Origin: a virus
DNA length: 64,000 bases
Virus record (IMG/VR): IMGVR_UViG_3300009428_000004
Span: 10,467-74,466 of that record
Reading direction: 5' to 3' (one strand)
The notes beneath the pieces were generated by a model. The model saw only the letters and a list, made by a program, of their open reading frames with translations, did no database searches and was not told the DNA's origin. Positions 1-8,221 of the stretch are shown here, one piece after another (within the stretch, counting starts at the first letter, position 1; each line of letters begins with the position of its first letter). The position numbers and the translations under genes were made by a program.

Positions 1-256
1 CGGTGACACTTACTCTAGTATCGTCTATGAATGTGAGTCCCAGTTTGGTTTTTGCTGTAACGATCTCATCGTCCATAGATAAACCAGTTCCCTTCTCCGT
101 AGAAATGCTATCACCATCTCTCGTTATTTGTGCAGGGTTGCCCTTTTGCGAAGTAATACTACCAATCGTTTCCGTAGTATTACCCAACGCAAAGGAACTA
201 GCAAAACATAGTATAAATGTAAATAGTAGATTAATTCTGTATGATGTTAATCGCAT
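1..256 (-). CDS. Secreted FecR-domain-like protein, N-terminal part (runs off window edge; not in ORF track)
   Basis: Manual translation MRLTSYRINLLFTFILCFASSFALGNTTETIGSITSQKGNPAQITRDGDSISTEKGTGLSMDDEIVTAKTKLGLTFIDDTRVSV: signal peptide plus FecR-type pattern; start overlaps the curlin-like gene end. Confidence 0.7.
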   Translation of the reverse strand, partial: MRLTSYRINLLFTFILCFASSFALGNTTETIGSITSQKGNPAQITRDGDSISTEKGTGLSMDDEIVTAKTKLGLTFIDDTRVSVT

Positions 257-923
257 TACTATCACCATCAACTGTCATAGTAACTACAGGAATATCTGTA
301 GTAGATTGTGTGAGATTTATCTCATTGAAGTTACTAGACACATTACCGCCAACTGTTATAGTATTCACTGCATCGGCAGCATCCAATTCTAGATTGACTG
401 TGTTATAATCACCAGTGGTCGCTAGAGTTGTAGTCGTATCAGTAACGCTGACCTCTGTTGTACAGGTTGCTATTGTGCCTGTGGTAGAAGCAGTCGATAC
501 TCCGTCCGTAACTGATCCTACAGATGCAACTCCAGAGTTGTCGTTGGTACCGCAGACTGTTACCAGATTGCTGTCGCCTGTCACCGTTGAAGTGAAGGTC
601 GTTCCGGTTGTGGCAATACCCATCACAGTTTCGTTCGAGTCACCAGTATTCAATATATTGATGGTTGTTGAACTAGATCCTGCACTCGTGGATATATCCG
701 TTTTGTTGGAATTACCTTGTTGACTGATATCTATGTCCTGACTATCGCCATTTAAGGTTGTGGCAGTTGTTGAATTACCCACGGTGTTGCCATTACCGGT
801 TTGAGTGATATCGATTGTACTGCTAGAACCAGCCTGCACAATGTACACGTCACTAGCGTGTGTGGTTGTAGCAAAAGCCGCAAATGCGATCAGTGCTATA
901 GTGTAAAGCTTTAAATTGCTCAT
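231..923 (-). CDS. Curlin-repeat-like secreted protein (CsgA/CsgB-like)
   Basis: Signal peptide MSNLKLYTIALIAFAAFATTTHA; repeats IDITQTGNGN, IDISQQGNSN, INILNTGDSN, VTGDSN, TTGDYN, VDGDSN; T/S/N/G-rich; directly downstream of csgG. Start taken at ATG 923. Confidence 0.7.
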   Translation of the reverse strand: MSNLKLYTIALIAFAAFATTTHASDVYIVQAGSSSTIDITQTGNGNTVGNSTTATTLNGDSQDIDISQQGNSNKTDISTSAGSSSTTINILNTGDSNETVMGIATTGTTFTSTVTGDSNLVTVCGTNDNSGVASVGSVTDGVSTASTTGTIATCTTEVSVTDTTTTLATTGDYNTVNLELDAADAVNTITVGGNVSSNFNEINLTQSTTDIPVVTMTVDGDSNAINIIQN

Positions 924-1021
924 ATGTATTACTCCGTTTTGTTCGATCTCTCCCGACAACGAACATATTTTTTTAGTTTTACTTACTCCTCATATCAAAG
1001 GTGTTATAATTTTATAAAGGT

Positions 1022-1810
1022 CTACTTAACGTATTGCCAGTATTCCTTCCTTTCTCCTTCTTTAATCAACTCAACGACGGCTTGCTCTATAGCAACTCTT
1101 ACGGCATAATTGACGGGTTCATTAATAGAATGACCCATTTCTGCCTCTAGCGAGTTTGTGCCCATATCGAAAAATCTAAAGAATGTCATGCTTGTTCCAG
1201 TGCTTATAATAGTTTTTGTAGTTGAAACACTTAACAACACTTCTCCGCTTTGTACGCTTACCATTCTAATAGTTACAGTCACTATGTCCTGTCTGTATTG
1301 GGTACTGGGACCGACACCTAAGTATCGAGCACCTGCACCACCGGTTAGCACATTGGAATCATATCCAATTATGCCTCCCTCTACTAAGACCCCTGCAAAT
1401 AGCATCGGTCTCAATTCTCTTGTATCCTTCACAGCCGCTCGGCTCTGACGAATTATTTGCCTTTCTTTAGTTAGATTTTCTAACCCTATTCTCTCTACTA
1501 CTTGAAACCAAGTGCCTCCTCCAACTTCTTGAAGCGCCTTGATCAGCCAAACTTCAGAGCCCTGCGTGACAGCGGTACTAATGTTAGCCATTCTTTCACT
1601 AGGCTTTCTCTGTCCTGTCTTATCAGTGAACCCATATACTGCTACAACTGCTTTACCTGTAGAAGGAGCTGGCATAGTAAGAAATTCCGTATTTTCATTC
1701 TTAACTACTTTTGCTGTTTCTGGCTCGGGCTTAAATCCAAAGTCTTCGGTCAGTGTAGCACATCCACTTGTAGTCAGTACTAATGCTAATAGCGCAAGAA
1801 ATTGTTTCAT
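1022..1810 (-). CDS. csgG: Curli secretion pore lipoprotein CsgG
   Basis: Lipobox LTTSGC; motifs VAVYGFTDKTGQRK, STAVTQG, WFQVVERIGLENLTKERQIIR, EGGIIGYDSN, GGAGARYLGVG, YRQDIVTV. Confidence 0.95.
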   Translation of the reverse strand: MKQFLALLALVLTTSGCATLTEDFGFKPEPETAKVVKNENTEFLTMPAPSTGKAVVAVYGFTDKTGQRKPSERMANISTAVTQGSEVWLIKALQEVGGGTWFQVVERIGLENLTKERQIIRQSRAAVKDTRELRPMLFAGVLVEGGIIGYDSNVLTGGAGARYLGVGPSTQYRQDIVTVTIRMVSVQSGEVLLSVSTTKTIISTGTSMTFFRFFDMGTNSLEAEMGHSINEPVNYAVRVAIEQAVVELIKEGERKEYWQYVK

Positions 1811-2283
1811 TAGAACGAAAAATCTCCTACAGGAACGTCAAATTCGGAAACGATATCACCATTGGAATCTGTGACAGTTACGTATATTCTACCGCCCTCT
1901 TGTTTCCATGCAATTATATCTCCAAATGGAGTAGTTGCTTCGTACCATTCTCCTTCTATTGTTTCTCCACCACCTTCACCGAATAGCGAGTCCGCTATAT
2001 TCTTAGAGAGGGTTGCATAAATTCTAGACTCTAAATTGTTCTGGAACTTATACGCATTGGTAGATTTCAAATCACGTTCTGCTTCGTCTTCCCGTGCCTT
2101 TTTCTCGTCCTTAATCTCTTTTCTTCTATTAGCCTCTAACTGCTCTATTGTCAGTATGTGCGAACTGTAACCGTTGCCATTAAAAGCTGGAGATACAAAT
2201 ACATGCGTCAGCTCACTTGCTGTCGAATGAGATGTCATCACCGCTGTTAGTACTATCACGGTTGTTATCAAATATTTTTTCAT
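1810..2283 (-). CDS. csgF: Curli assembly protein CsgF-like
   Basis: Signal peptide then ELTHVFVSPAFNGNG, later FQNNLESRIYATLSKNIADSLFG; TAATG-coupled to csgG. Confidence 0.8.
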   Translation of the reverse strand: MKKYLITTVIVLTAVMTSHSTASELTHVFVSPAFNGNGYSSHILTIEQLEANRRKEIKDEKKAREDEAERDLKSTNAYKFQNNLESRIYATLSKNIADSLFGEGGGETIEGEWYEATTPFGDIIAWKQEGGRIYVTVTDSNGDIVSEFDVPVGDFSF

Positions 2284-2536
2284 AATCGTTTTTATCCTGT
2301 TGTTGTAAGATCATGTCCAGTTTAGTTTTGAGCCTAATCAAGTCATTATCTAACATTCTTACTCTATCGATCAGTGCTATCAGTGTCATATGTGACTCGC
2401 CAATAACCGGATCGACCTCTTCCGTTACCCAGTTCCAGATATAGTATATGAAGTACCCTAGTCCTACTGCGGCTATAATTGGAAAGCCGTATTGCGAGAT
2501 CATCTCAGCAATATTAAGTGTTTCTGCCTCAGGCAT
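2213..2536 (-). CDS. Small membrane protein, YvrJ/BhlA-like (GFPI motif + TM + coiled coil)
   Basis: ISQYGFPIIAAVGLGYFIYYIW then LIDRVRMLDNDLIRL; paralogue of 2913..3191. Confidence 0.6.
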   Translation of the reverse strand: MPEAETLNIAEMISQYGFPIIAAVGLGYFIYYIWNWVTEEVDPVIGESHMTLIALIDRVRMLDNDLIRLKTKLDMILQQQDKNDYEKIFDNNRDSTNSGDDISFDSK

Positions 2537-2723
2537 CTTCTTTATCTGATCCTATTTTCATTAACCATCCATTTTCGTTTACAACGAAAGTATCTCCTGG
2601 CTTATATAAGTGGTTGTTTTTAGCTGTTCCATCTTTTTGAACACCCATGACTTCTCCTTCCCACTCTCCCTCAACTTTAAAATGTGCGCCAACTTGGTTA
2701 ATATTATAATCAAGCCAAAGCAT
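2529..2723 (-). CDS. Small hypothetical protein (KxGDTFVV family, copy 2)
   Basis: Likely start MLWLDYNIN at 2723; LYKPGDTFVVNENGWL. Confidence 0.6.
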   Translation of the reverse strand: MLWLDYNINQVGAHFKVEGEWEGEVMGVQKDGTAKNNHLYKPGDTFVVNENGWLMKIGSDKEDA

Positions 2724-2913
2724 TATCTGTATCCTCAAATGCGTCCATAATATTGCCTCTATGTTCGAAGTAGCCACTAGGACCAACTACAAACGTATCC
2801 CCTATCTTCAATAGACCTTCATCGATCATATGAAACTTATCGTCTGGATTGTCTTTTTTGACAACCCTAAACCCGTTATCGAACTTCATTAAGTCGTAGT
2901 CTTTATAGTACAT
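2710..2913 (-). CDS. Small hypothetical protein (KxGDTFVV family, copy 1)
   Basis: LLKIGDTFVVGPSGYF; TAATG-coupled to the upstream gene. Confidence 0.65.
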   Translation of the reverse strand: MYYKDYDLMKFDNGFRVVKKDNPDDKFHMIDEGLLKIGDTFVVGPSGYFEHRGNIMDAFEDTDNALA

Positions 2914-3191
2914 TAATCTTTCCTCGCATCTTTCTGACCATCGGCTCTCGCCACTCTATCCAGGTCTGGGCTTACATTGTGAGCGTGACAAATCATGAGG
3001 TCTATTCTCATGACTTCATTGTTCATCGTCTTAATTCTATTATCTAAGGCTTGTGCAAAGCCTCTTTGTGTTTTGATGTCCGACAATACTCCGTCGAGGA
3101 TAAACCTTAGCGTAAGAAACACGAAAAATCCACCTGACAGGGCTGCCGCAATTGGAAACCCAACATCTGCTATCAAACTTAGCACGTCCAT
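2913..3191 (-). CDS. Small membrane protein, YvrJ/BhlA-like
   Basis: IADVGFPIAAALSGGFFVFLTL then LDNRIKTMNNEVMRID; RBS AAGGAG. Confidence 0.65.
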   Translation of the reverse strand: MDVLSLIADVGFPIAAALSGGFFVFLTLRFILDGVLSDIKTQRGFAQALDNRIKTMNNEVMRIDLMICHAHNVSPDLDRVARADGQKDARKD

Positions 3192-3213
3192 AAATTCACT
3201 CCTTTACTATAGT

Positions 3214-3221
3214 TATTTATA
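3214..3221 (-). promoter_or_regulatory. T4-type late promoter TATAAATA heading the curli operon
   Basis: Exact tatttata on + strand, about 22 nt upstream of ATG 3191. Confidence 0.85.
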
Positions 3222-3244
3222 AAAAAAGGCTCGTTAGAGCCTTT
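3221..3244 (-). terminator. Rho-independent terminator
   Basis: AAAGGCTC-TAAC-GAGCCTTT followed by a T run that merges into the late promoter. Confidence 0.8.
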
Positions 3245-3271
3245 AAAATTAGTAAATAAGTGTGAAGATAC

Positions 3272-3646
3272 TCAGTCTTCCTCGTCTGGATCCCTATCAC
3301 CACTATATTCTATGAATCCTATTAACATAAGAGTCGCAAATATGTCACCAACTGTGCCCATTAAGATGTATGGAAGACAGTAGTAGAATAGTTCAATGTA
3401 ACCAAGCTCATACACGATGAACATTGCCATCAATAGAATCATGCGTATCTGCCACATCTCAGATAGATTTCCCTCTTCTATCTCTATTCGCATATCTTTC
3501 ATTCCGATAAGAACTTGAGTAGTGATGAAGTAAAATAAGGAAGAGTATCCGCCAAGTATTATCATGATGATATATTCTGCTTCTGGGAGGGGATTGACAA
3601 AAACTCTAGCTAGTATTGCTAGACATAATGTATAGATGAATATCAA
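3272..3646 (-). CDS. Hypothetical multi-pass membrane protein
   Basis: Several hydrophobic segments; overlaps the iscU stop. Confidence 0.6.
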   Translation of the reverse strand: MIFIYTLCLAILARVFVNPLPEAEYIIMIILGGYSSLFYFITTQVLIGMKDMRIEIEEGNLSEMWQIRMILLMAMFIVYELGYIELFYYCLPYILMGTVGDIFATLMLIGFIEYSGDRDPDEED

Positions 3647-4044
3647 ATTGCTTCCTCTTTTTGCTTTTGTATTTTGTCTCGTAAATCTTTGACTGCGGTC
3701 TTAATCGCATCTTCGGCAAGTACGGAACAATGTATCTTGACTGGCGGTAATGCCAACTCTTCAGCAATCTGGGTATTCCTGATAGACTCTGCATCATCTA
3801 ATGTTCTACCTTTAACCCACTCTGTTAGTAGTGAGCTAGAGGCAATGGCTGAACCGCACCCGTAAGTTTTAAACTTAGCGTCTTCGATAATACCATCTTC
3901 TCCAACTTTGATCTGTAACCTCATTACATCTCCGCAAGCAGGGGCACCTACCATACCAGTACCAACTTTAGGATCTGTAATGTCGAAAGAACCCACATTG
4001 CGTGGGTTCTCATAGTGGTCGAGTACTTTGTCGCTGTAAGCCAT
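3643..4044 (-). CDS. iscU: Fe-S cluster scaffold IscU
   Basis: YSDKVLDHYENPRNVG, GAPACGDVMRLQI, KTYGCGSAIASSS, LPPVKIHCSVLAEDAI. Confidence 0.97.
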   Translation of the reverse strand: MAYSDKVLDHYENPRNVGSFDITDPKVGTGMVGAPACGDVMRLQIKVGEDGIIEDAKFKTYGCGSAIASSSLLTEWVKGRTLDDAESIRNTQIAEELALPPVKIHCSVLAEDAIKTAVKDLRDKIQKQKEEAI

Positions 4045-4074
4045 AAGAGGCTCCTGTTAACGCATGTACTGTAT

Positions 4075-5265
4075 TTAGTACTGGCTGCCTTCATAGTCTC
4101 CAGTGTTCTGGATTTCTTCACCAGTAGGCTCTTCAGTGGTTACATCAGCATCGATCTTACTGTAGAGATCAAGGAATGCCGCACGGGTATCAGCATCAAA
4201 ACGATTGACACATAACTCGATGGCTTTCATACGATCACTGAAGATCGAGAAGGTCTGTACAATGTGGCACAACCTACGAGTTGAGATAATCTCATCAATC
4301 CCACCATCTTCGAAAGTCTTACGAATCGCTTGAGCCCACTGAACTAGTTTTTCTGTAAACTCTTTATCGTTTGCACCAAACTTTGACATGTGGTTAGTAA
4401 CGATACGCTTCTCAGTAGCCGCTGTTGGGTAAGGTTGCTCAAGAGTAATAGTGAAACGCTCGAGGAATGCCTCATCGATAATCGTAGCCGCAATGAAGCG
4501 ACCCTGTTCATCACCTTGACCTTTAGTGTTAGCAGTAGCAATCACGTTAAAGCCAGGAGCAGGCGTAATCACTTCACCAGTTTTCTTGATAAGAACTGGC
4601 TTGCCTTCTAGCACACCCTGTAGACACATTAGCTTGTTAGAGCCACGGTCAATCTCATCGATCATCAGTAGGGCACCAGCTTCCATCGCTTTGATGACTG
4701 GACCTTTTGCAAAGACTGTCTCGCCATTCAGCAAGCGGAATCCACCAATCAGATCATCTTCATCAGTTTCGGGTGTAATCTGAACACGAACATATTCACG
4801 TTTGGCGTTAGCACAGGCTTGTTCGATCATCATCGTCTTACCGTTACCAGACAGACCGGCAACATACATTGGGTAAAACATATTAGACTTGACGATCTTA
4901 AGAACGTCAGAGAAATATCCCCACTTCACAAAAGTAGGATCAGCAGAAGGTATGTAGACTTCATCCGAAGAGGTAGACTGGACCCTAGCAACTGCTTTTG
5001 CTATGGGAGTCTGCTCGACTTGAGGTGCGGCAACTGGTGCGGCTAAAGGAGCATTCATCTGGATCACATTGCCAGATCCTACCATCTGATAGACACCACG
5101 TGCGACACGAGGCATTTGCTTCATTAGTGTATAAGCGGCAGAGCCAGAAAAGCCCTGTTCTTCAGCGAACTTGAAAAGCTCGGCTCGCTCAAACGAGTCT
5201 TGGTTAGGATTAGATGCTACAAAGGCATCGATTAGTTCAGCTTGGGTTTTTGAAATATTCATCAT
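4075..5265 (-). CDS. cobS: MoxR/CobS-like AAA+ ATPase (T4-like phage 'CobS')
   Basis: Walker A GLSGNGKT, Walker B LLMIDEID, ANTKGQG, FLERF; start likely MMNISK at 5265. Confidence 0.9.
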   Translation of the reverse strand: MMNISKTQAELIDAFVASNPNQDSFERAELFKFAEEQGFSGSAAYTLMKQMPRVARGVYQMVGSGNVIQMNAPLAAPVAAPQVEQTPIAKAVARVQSTSSDEVYIPSADPTFVKWGYFSDVLKIVKSNMFYPMYVAGLSGNGKTMMIEQACANAKREYVRVQITPETDEDDLIGGFRLLNGETVFAKGPVIKAMEAGALLMIDEIDRGSNKLMCLQGVLEGKPVLIKKTGEVITPAPGFNVIATANTKGQGDEQGRFIAATIIDEAFLERFTITLEQPYPTAATEKRIVTNHMSKFGANDKEFTEKLVQWAQAIRKTFEDGGIDEIISTRRLCHIVQTFSIFSDRMKAIELCVNRFDADTRAAFLDLYSKIDADVTTEEPTGEEIQNTGDYEGSQY

Positions 5266-5309
5266 AATATAGGTACTCTCTTCATTGGTTAATCTCAATC
5301 TATACAAGT

Positions 5310-5348
5310 ATTATAGCAGGTTGAGCCACAATGTCAACCATTATTTTC
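5310..5348 (-). promoter_or_regulatory. Early sigma70 promoter cassette
   Basis: GAAAATAATGG-TTGACA-N16-TATAAT with extended -10 TG. Confidence 0.85.
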
Positions 5349-5353
5349 ACTTT

Positions 5354-5557
5354 TTATTGCTCAAATGGCTTGGTTGCAAACCATCGGACGGCATGGTCAT
5401 CTTGGATATCCATTAGATCGACTTTCAGTTCGGCTAACAATACCTTAGTCTCGTGAGGTATTGCACCTGGTCGAATACTTTCTATAGTAGCGAAGGCATT
5501 CTGAGCGGCAGTAATTGCCTGCATTTTTTCTTGAACATTTTGCATTTTCATCTCCAA
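5354..5557 (-). CDS. Small early hypothetical protein
   Basis: ORF between two promoter cassettes. Confidence 0.6.
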   Translation of the reverse strand: MEMKMQNVQEKMQAITAAQNAFATIESIRPGAIPHETKVLLAELKVDLMDIQDDHAVRWFATKPFEQ

Positions 5558-5581
5558 AGGTTTAACTCAATTTCAGATTAT

Positions 5582-5620
5582 ATTTTAACAGGATTGACAC
5601 TAATGTCAACCCTTATTTTC
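5582..5620 (-). promoter_or_regulatory. Early sigma70 promoter cassette
   Basis: GAAAATAAGGG-TTGACA-N16-TAAAAT. Confidence 0.8.
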
Positions 5621-5625
5621 GTTAT

Positions 5626-7839
5626 TTATGCAACTAATTCCGCAAACTTAGTGGTAATTACTCTGTTACCCTTCTTAGATCCACTGAACTTCTTAAAAGC
5701 TCGGGCGATCTGGGCTGGGGTAGCTTCAGCATCAACTTGAAACTCATCATTCTCACCAGACATACTAGCAGACTTGTCGACCATGATGAAGCGGCGATCA
5801 TATCCGTCAGCATTGTCCATGATCCAAACTCCATTATCTCTCATATCTTTCTGAGCCTTTCGTTGGGCAGTAGTGTCCCAAGGCAATAAGCGATGCTGTT
5901 CATATTTGAAGTCTCTTCGAGTACAGATGAAGAAGTTGGCTGTTTGAACATTTTTACCAGCAACAGCGTTCAACAATGCTGAGGTGTTCGAAGAATCGTA
6001 TCCATAACGTGAAGCAATTTCAACTTGCTTTCCCTTGACGTTCATAACGTATCGTTTAGCCCAACCACGATCTTGGTTCTCAACATCTTTTCCGCTAATG
6101 TGTCGAGCAGGATCACTAGCTCCATCTGTCAGAGTAATCAGGTTCATCTTATGCACTGGATTAGTACGCAGGAAGTCCTGAATGGCAAACTGACTAGCTA
6201 GTATTGCCGCATTCAAAGGCGTACTACCTAAACGCTCTAGAGGTCCCATGCATCGTGGTTGCTGACCGTGAAAGAATGAAGTACGCATTGCGTATTCTAA
6301 CTCACTTTTGGACATCTTATTAGAAAACAGTTCGATGAAAACCAGGTCTTCATAATCAAACTTAGTGTTAACACCACCAGCTTGTCTGATATTTGCCAAT
6401 CTGTTACGTCCATTATTATCAGTAGTGAATGCAAAGACCTCGAAAGGAATATTAACTCGCTTGCAGAACTGAACCAGAGATATCGTTTGACGTATCACTG
6501 AATCGAGTTGCTGGTACATTGAGCCAGAATAATCGACTAGCATCATCATGCCGTGGTTCTTACCGTCTGCTAGTGTAGTCACTTGCTTAAACAGGTTATC
6601 GTCATACTTGTAGGCGTGAAGCTTGTTAACGTCAATCGAACCCTTAGTAGAAGTACGGGCTCTGGCTGAACGATAGGCTGCCTTACGCATCTCAAATTCT
6701 TTAGCCATAAGATTTACAACGCCCTTGTTTTCGGACATGAAAGCGTCATAATCTCTGCTCGAATCATCCATCTCGGTTTGATAATCATGTTCAGTAAGCT
6801 TTTTACGAAATTCTTTACGATTTTCTAGCACTTCTTTATAGCCAACTTTAACTATATCGTAGACTGCACGGTTCATGCCTTGAAGAAACAGCTTATCAGT
6901 TTCTTCAACTAGATCACTCATATTCTCACGTTGAGCTTTCTCAGTTTTGATTTCAGGAAGATTTTCAGGTACATCATCAGGCGAATTACCAGCACCGCTA
7001 CTGACTGAACTCTCAGAATTCTCTTCAGACTTCTCTTCAGACTCCTCGCCGCTAGAAGATTTCTCACCCTCTTGATCAGACTCTTCACTTTCACCAGAAG
7101 CTTCACCAGCTCCGGACTCTTCGCCCTCATCACCATCTTCATCAGAGTCGGATTCTGATTCCGAAGGCTCACCCTCTTCACTCTGCTCTTCAGAACTCTC
7201 ACCGAATAGATCGGCTATGTCTTGGGCAGTCATTTCGGACTCTTCAGACTGGCTTTGACCGTTCGTGGTCTCATCACCGTCTTCTTGCTCCTCTTTCTTG
7301 CCGTCACCTAACCAAGCGACCAATTCTTTACAAACATTGGCAACATCTTCGAAAGTTTCGACAGCCATTGCTTTTTTGAAGTAAGGCATTTCCTCTTCAG
7401 AGAACTCGACTTCGACTAGATCACGACCCTTAGCTTTAAGGTTCAATCGATCCATGAAACCCATTTCGTTAATGTCATTATCTTTGGTACCGAATATGTC
7501 TCGATTCATGAGACCAAGATAACCACGTTTGAAATTAGAAACTAGACCAGGATACTTGTCAAGAACTTTACGCTCGATGCGGATATCTTCGACAACGTTC
7601 ATATAAGAATGTGGAACACCAGGAACGGTGATCTCTTCTTTAGTCTGTGGGGTAAATAATGCGTGACCAATTTCATGACCAATCAGAAGATCGGTCTCAT
7701 CAGCAGACATCTCTTTCCAGAGAGGCAAACCAAGAGTACGATTTTCTACATCAAAAAATGCTGTGGGATAGTTGCCCTGCTCAACACTGATATTCTCGTT
7801 GGCAAGCAATCTGGCTAATACTGACTTTGACTGTAACAT
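5626..7839 (-). CDS. CobT-like/VWA protein with N-terminal HEXXH metallopeptidase-like domain
   Basis: LIGHEIGHALFT; long acidic Ser/Glu linker; MIDAS motif LVDYSGSM, later TPLN and ITLTDG. Confidence 0.85.
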   Translation of the reverse strand: MLQSKSVLARLLANENISVEQGNYPTAFFDVENRTLGLPLWKEMSADETDLLIGHEIGHALFTPQTKEEITVPGVPHSYMNVVEDIRIERKVLDKYPGLVSNFKRGYLGLMNRDIFGTKDNDINEMGFMDRLNLKAKGRDLVEVEFSEEEMPYFKKAMAVETFEDVANVCKELVAWLGDGKKEEQEDGDETTNGQSQSEESEMTAQDIADLFGESSEEQSEEGEPSESESDSDEDGDEGEESGAGEASGESEESDQEGEKSSSGEESEEKSEENSESSVSSGAGNSPDDVPENLPEIKTEKAQRENMSDLVEETDKLFLQGMNRAVYDIVKVGYKEVLENRKEFRKKLTEHDYQTEMDDSSRDYDAFMSENKGVVNLMAKEFEMRKAAYRSARARTSTKGSIDVNKLHAYKYDDNLFKQVTTLADGKNHGMMMLVDYSGSMYQQLDSVIRQTISLVQFCKRVNIPFEVFAFTTDNNGRNRLANIRQAGGVNTKFDYEDLVFIELFSNKMSKSELEYAMRTSFFHGQQPRCMGPLERLGSTPLNAAILASQFAIQDFLRTNPVHKMNLITLTDGASDPARHISGKDVENQDRGWAKRYVMNVKGKQVEIASRYGYDSSNTSALLNAVAGKNVQTANFFICTRRDFKYEQHRLLPWDTTAQRKAQKDMRDNGVWIMDNADGYDRRFIMVDKSASMSGENDEFQVDAEATPAQIARAFKKFSGSKKGNRVITTKFAELVA

Positions 7840-7864
7840 CTCTTTCTCCTCAATCTATGTATCT

Positions 7865-7903
7865 ATTATATCAGGCTGGACAGCAATGTCAACCTTTATT
7901 TTC
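7865..7903 (-). promoter_or_regulatory. Early sigma70 promoter cassette
   Basis: GAAAATAAAGG-TTGACA-N16-TATAAT. Confidence 0.85.
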
Positions 7904-7910
7904 ATTTATT

Positions 7911-8153
7911 TTAAAATAAATTCTTTAATAGACCACCAAAGAGCATGATAAACATCACTGTATTGAGAATGATCAGTGCCCTGTCATTCCATAGTATAGA
8001 CACCCATAACCACATTACGGCACCTGCACTACCAAAAGCCAAGTCTAGTACATGATATTCGACACCGGCATATCTAAAAGATACCGACACCAGAACAGCC
8101 ATCGTTGCGATCCACTTAACGTACCATACTAAAGGCGTTTTCTTTTTACTCAT
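7911..8153 (-). CDS. Small three-TM membrane protein
   Basis: WYVKWIATMAVLV...WLWVSILWNDRALIILN. Confidence 0.65.
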   Translation of the reverse strand: MSKKKTPLVWYVKWIATMAVLVSVSFRYAGVEYHVLDLAFGSAGAVMWLWVSILWNDRALIILNTVMFIMLFGGLLKNLF

Positions 8154-8183
8154 TTATATCACTCTTTTCATCATTAAGAGTAT

Positions 8184-8221
8184 ATTATAACAGGTTGGAC
8201 GGAGATGTCAACCTTTATTTT
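8184..8221 (-). promoter_or_regulatory. Early sigma70 promoter cassette
   Basis: AAAATAAAGG-TTGACA-N16-TATAAT. Confidence 0.85.

Noticed and set aside
3-1874. Plus-strand ORFs 3..392, 415..723, 1158..1448, 1502..1783, 1539..1874
   Set aside because: Antisense shadows of well-supported minus-strand genes; no RBS or motifs. The same applies to most plus-strand ORFs in the track (for example 35630..36127, 47747..48145, 55859..56284).
6900-7300. Apparent low-complexity repeat (GAA/TCA-rich)
   Set aside because: It encodes the acidic linker of the VWA protein; no discrete tandem unit.
4075-7839. Cobalamin biosynthesis (CobS/CobT) as an auxiliary metabolic function
   Set aside because: No CobN or other cob genes in the window; the HEXXH-VWA architecture fits a generic MoxR-VWA system.
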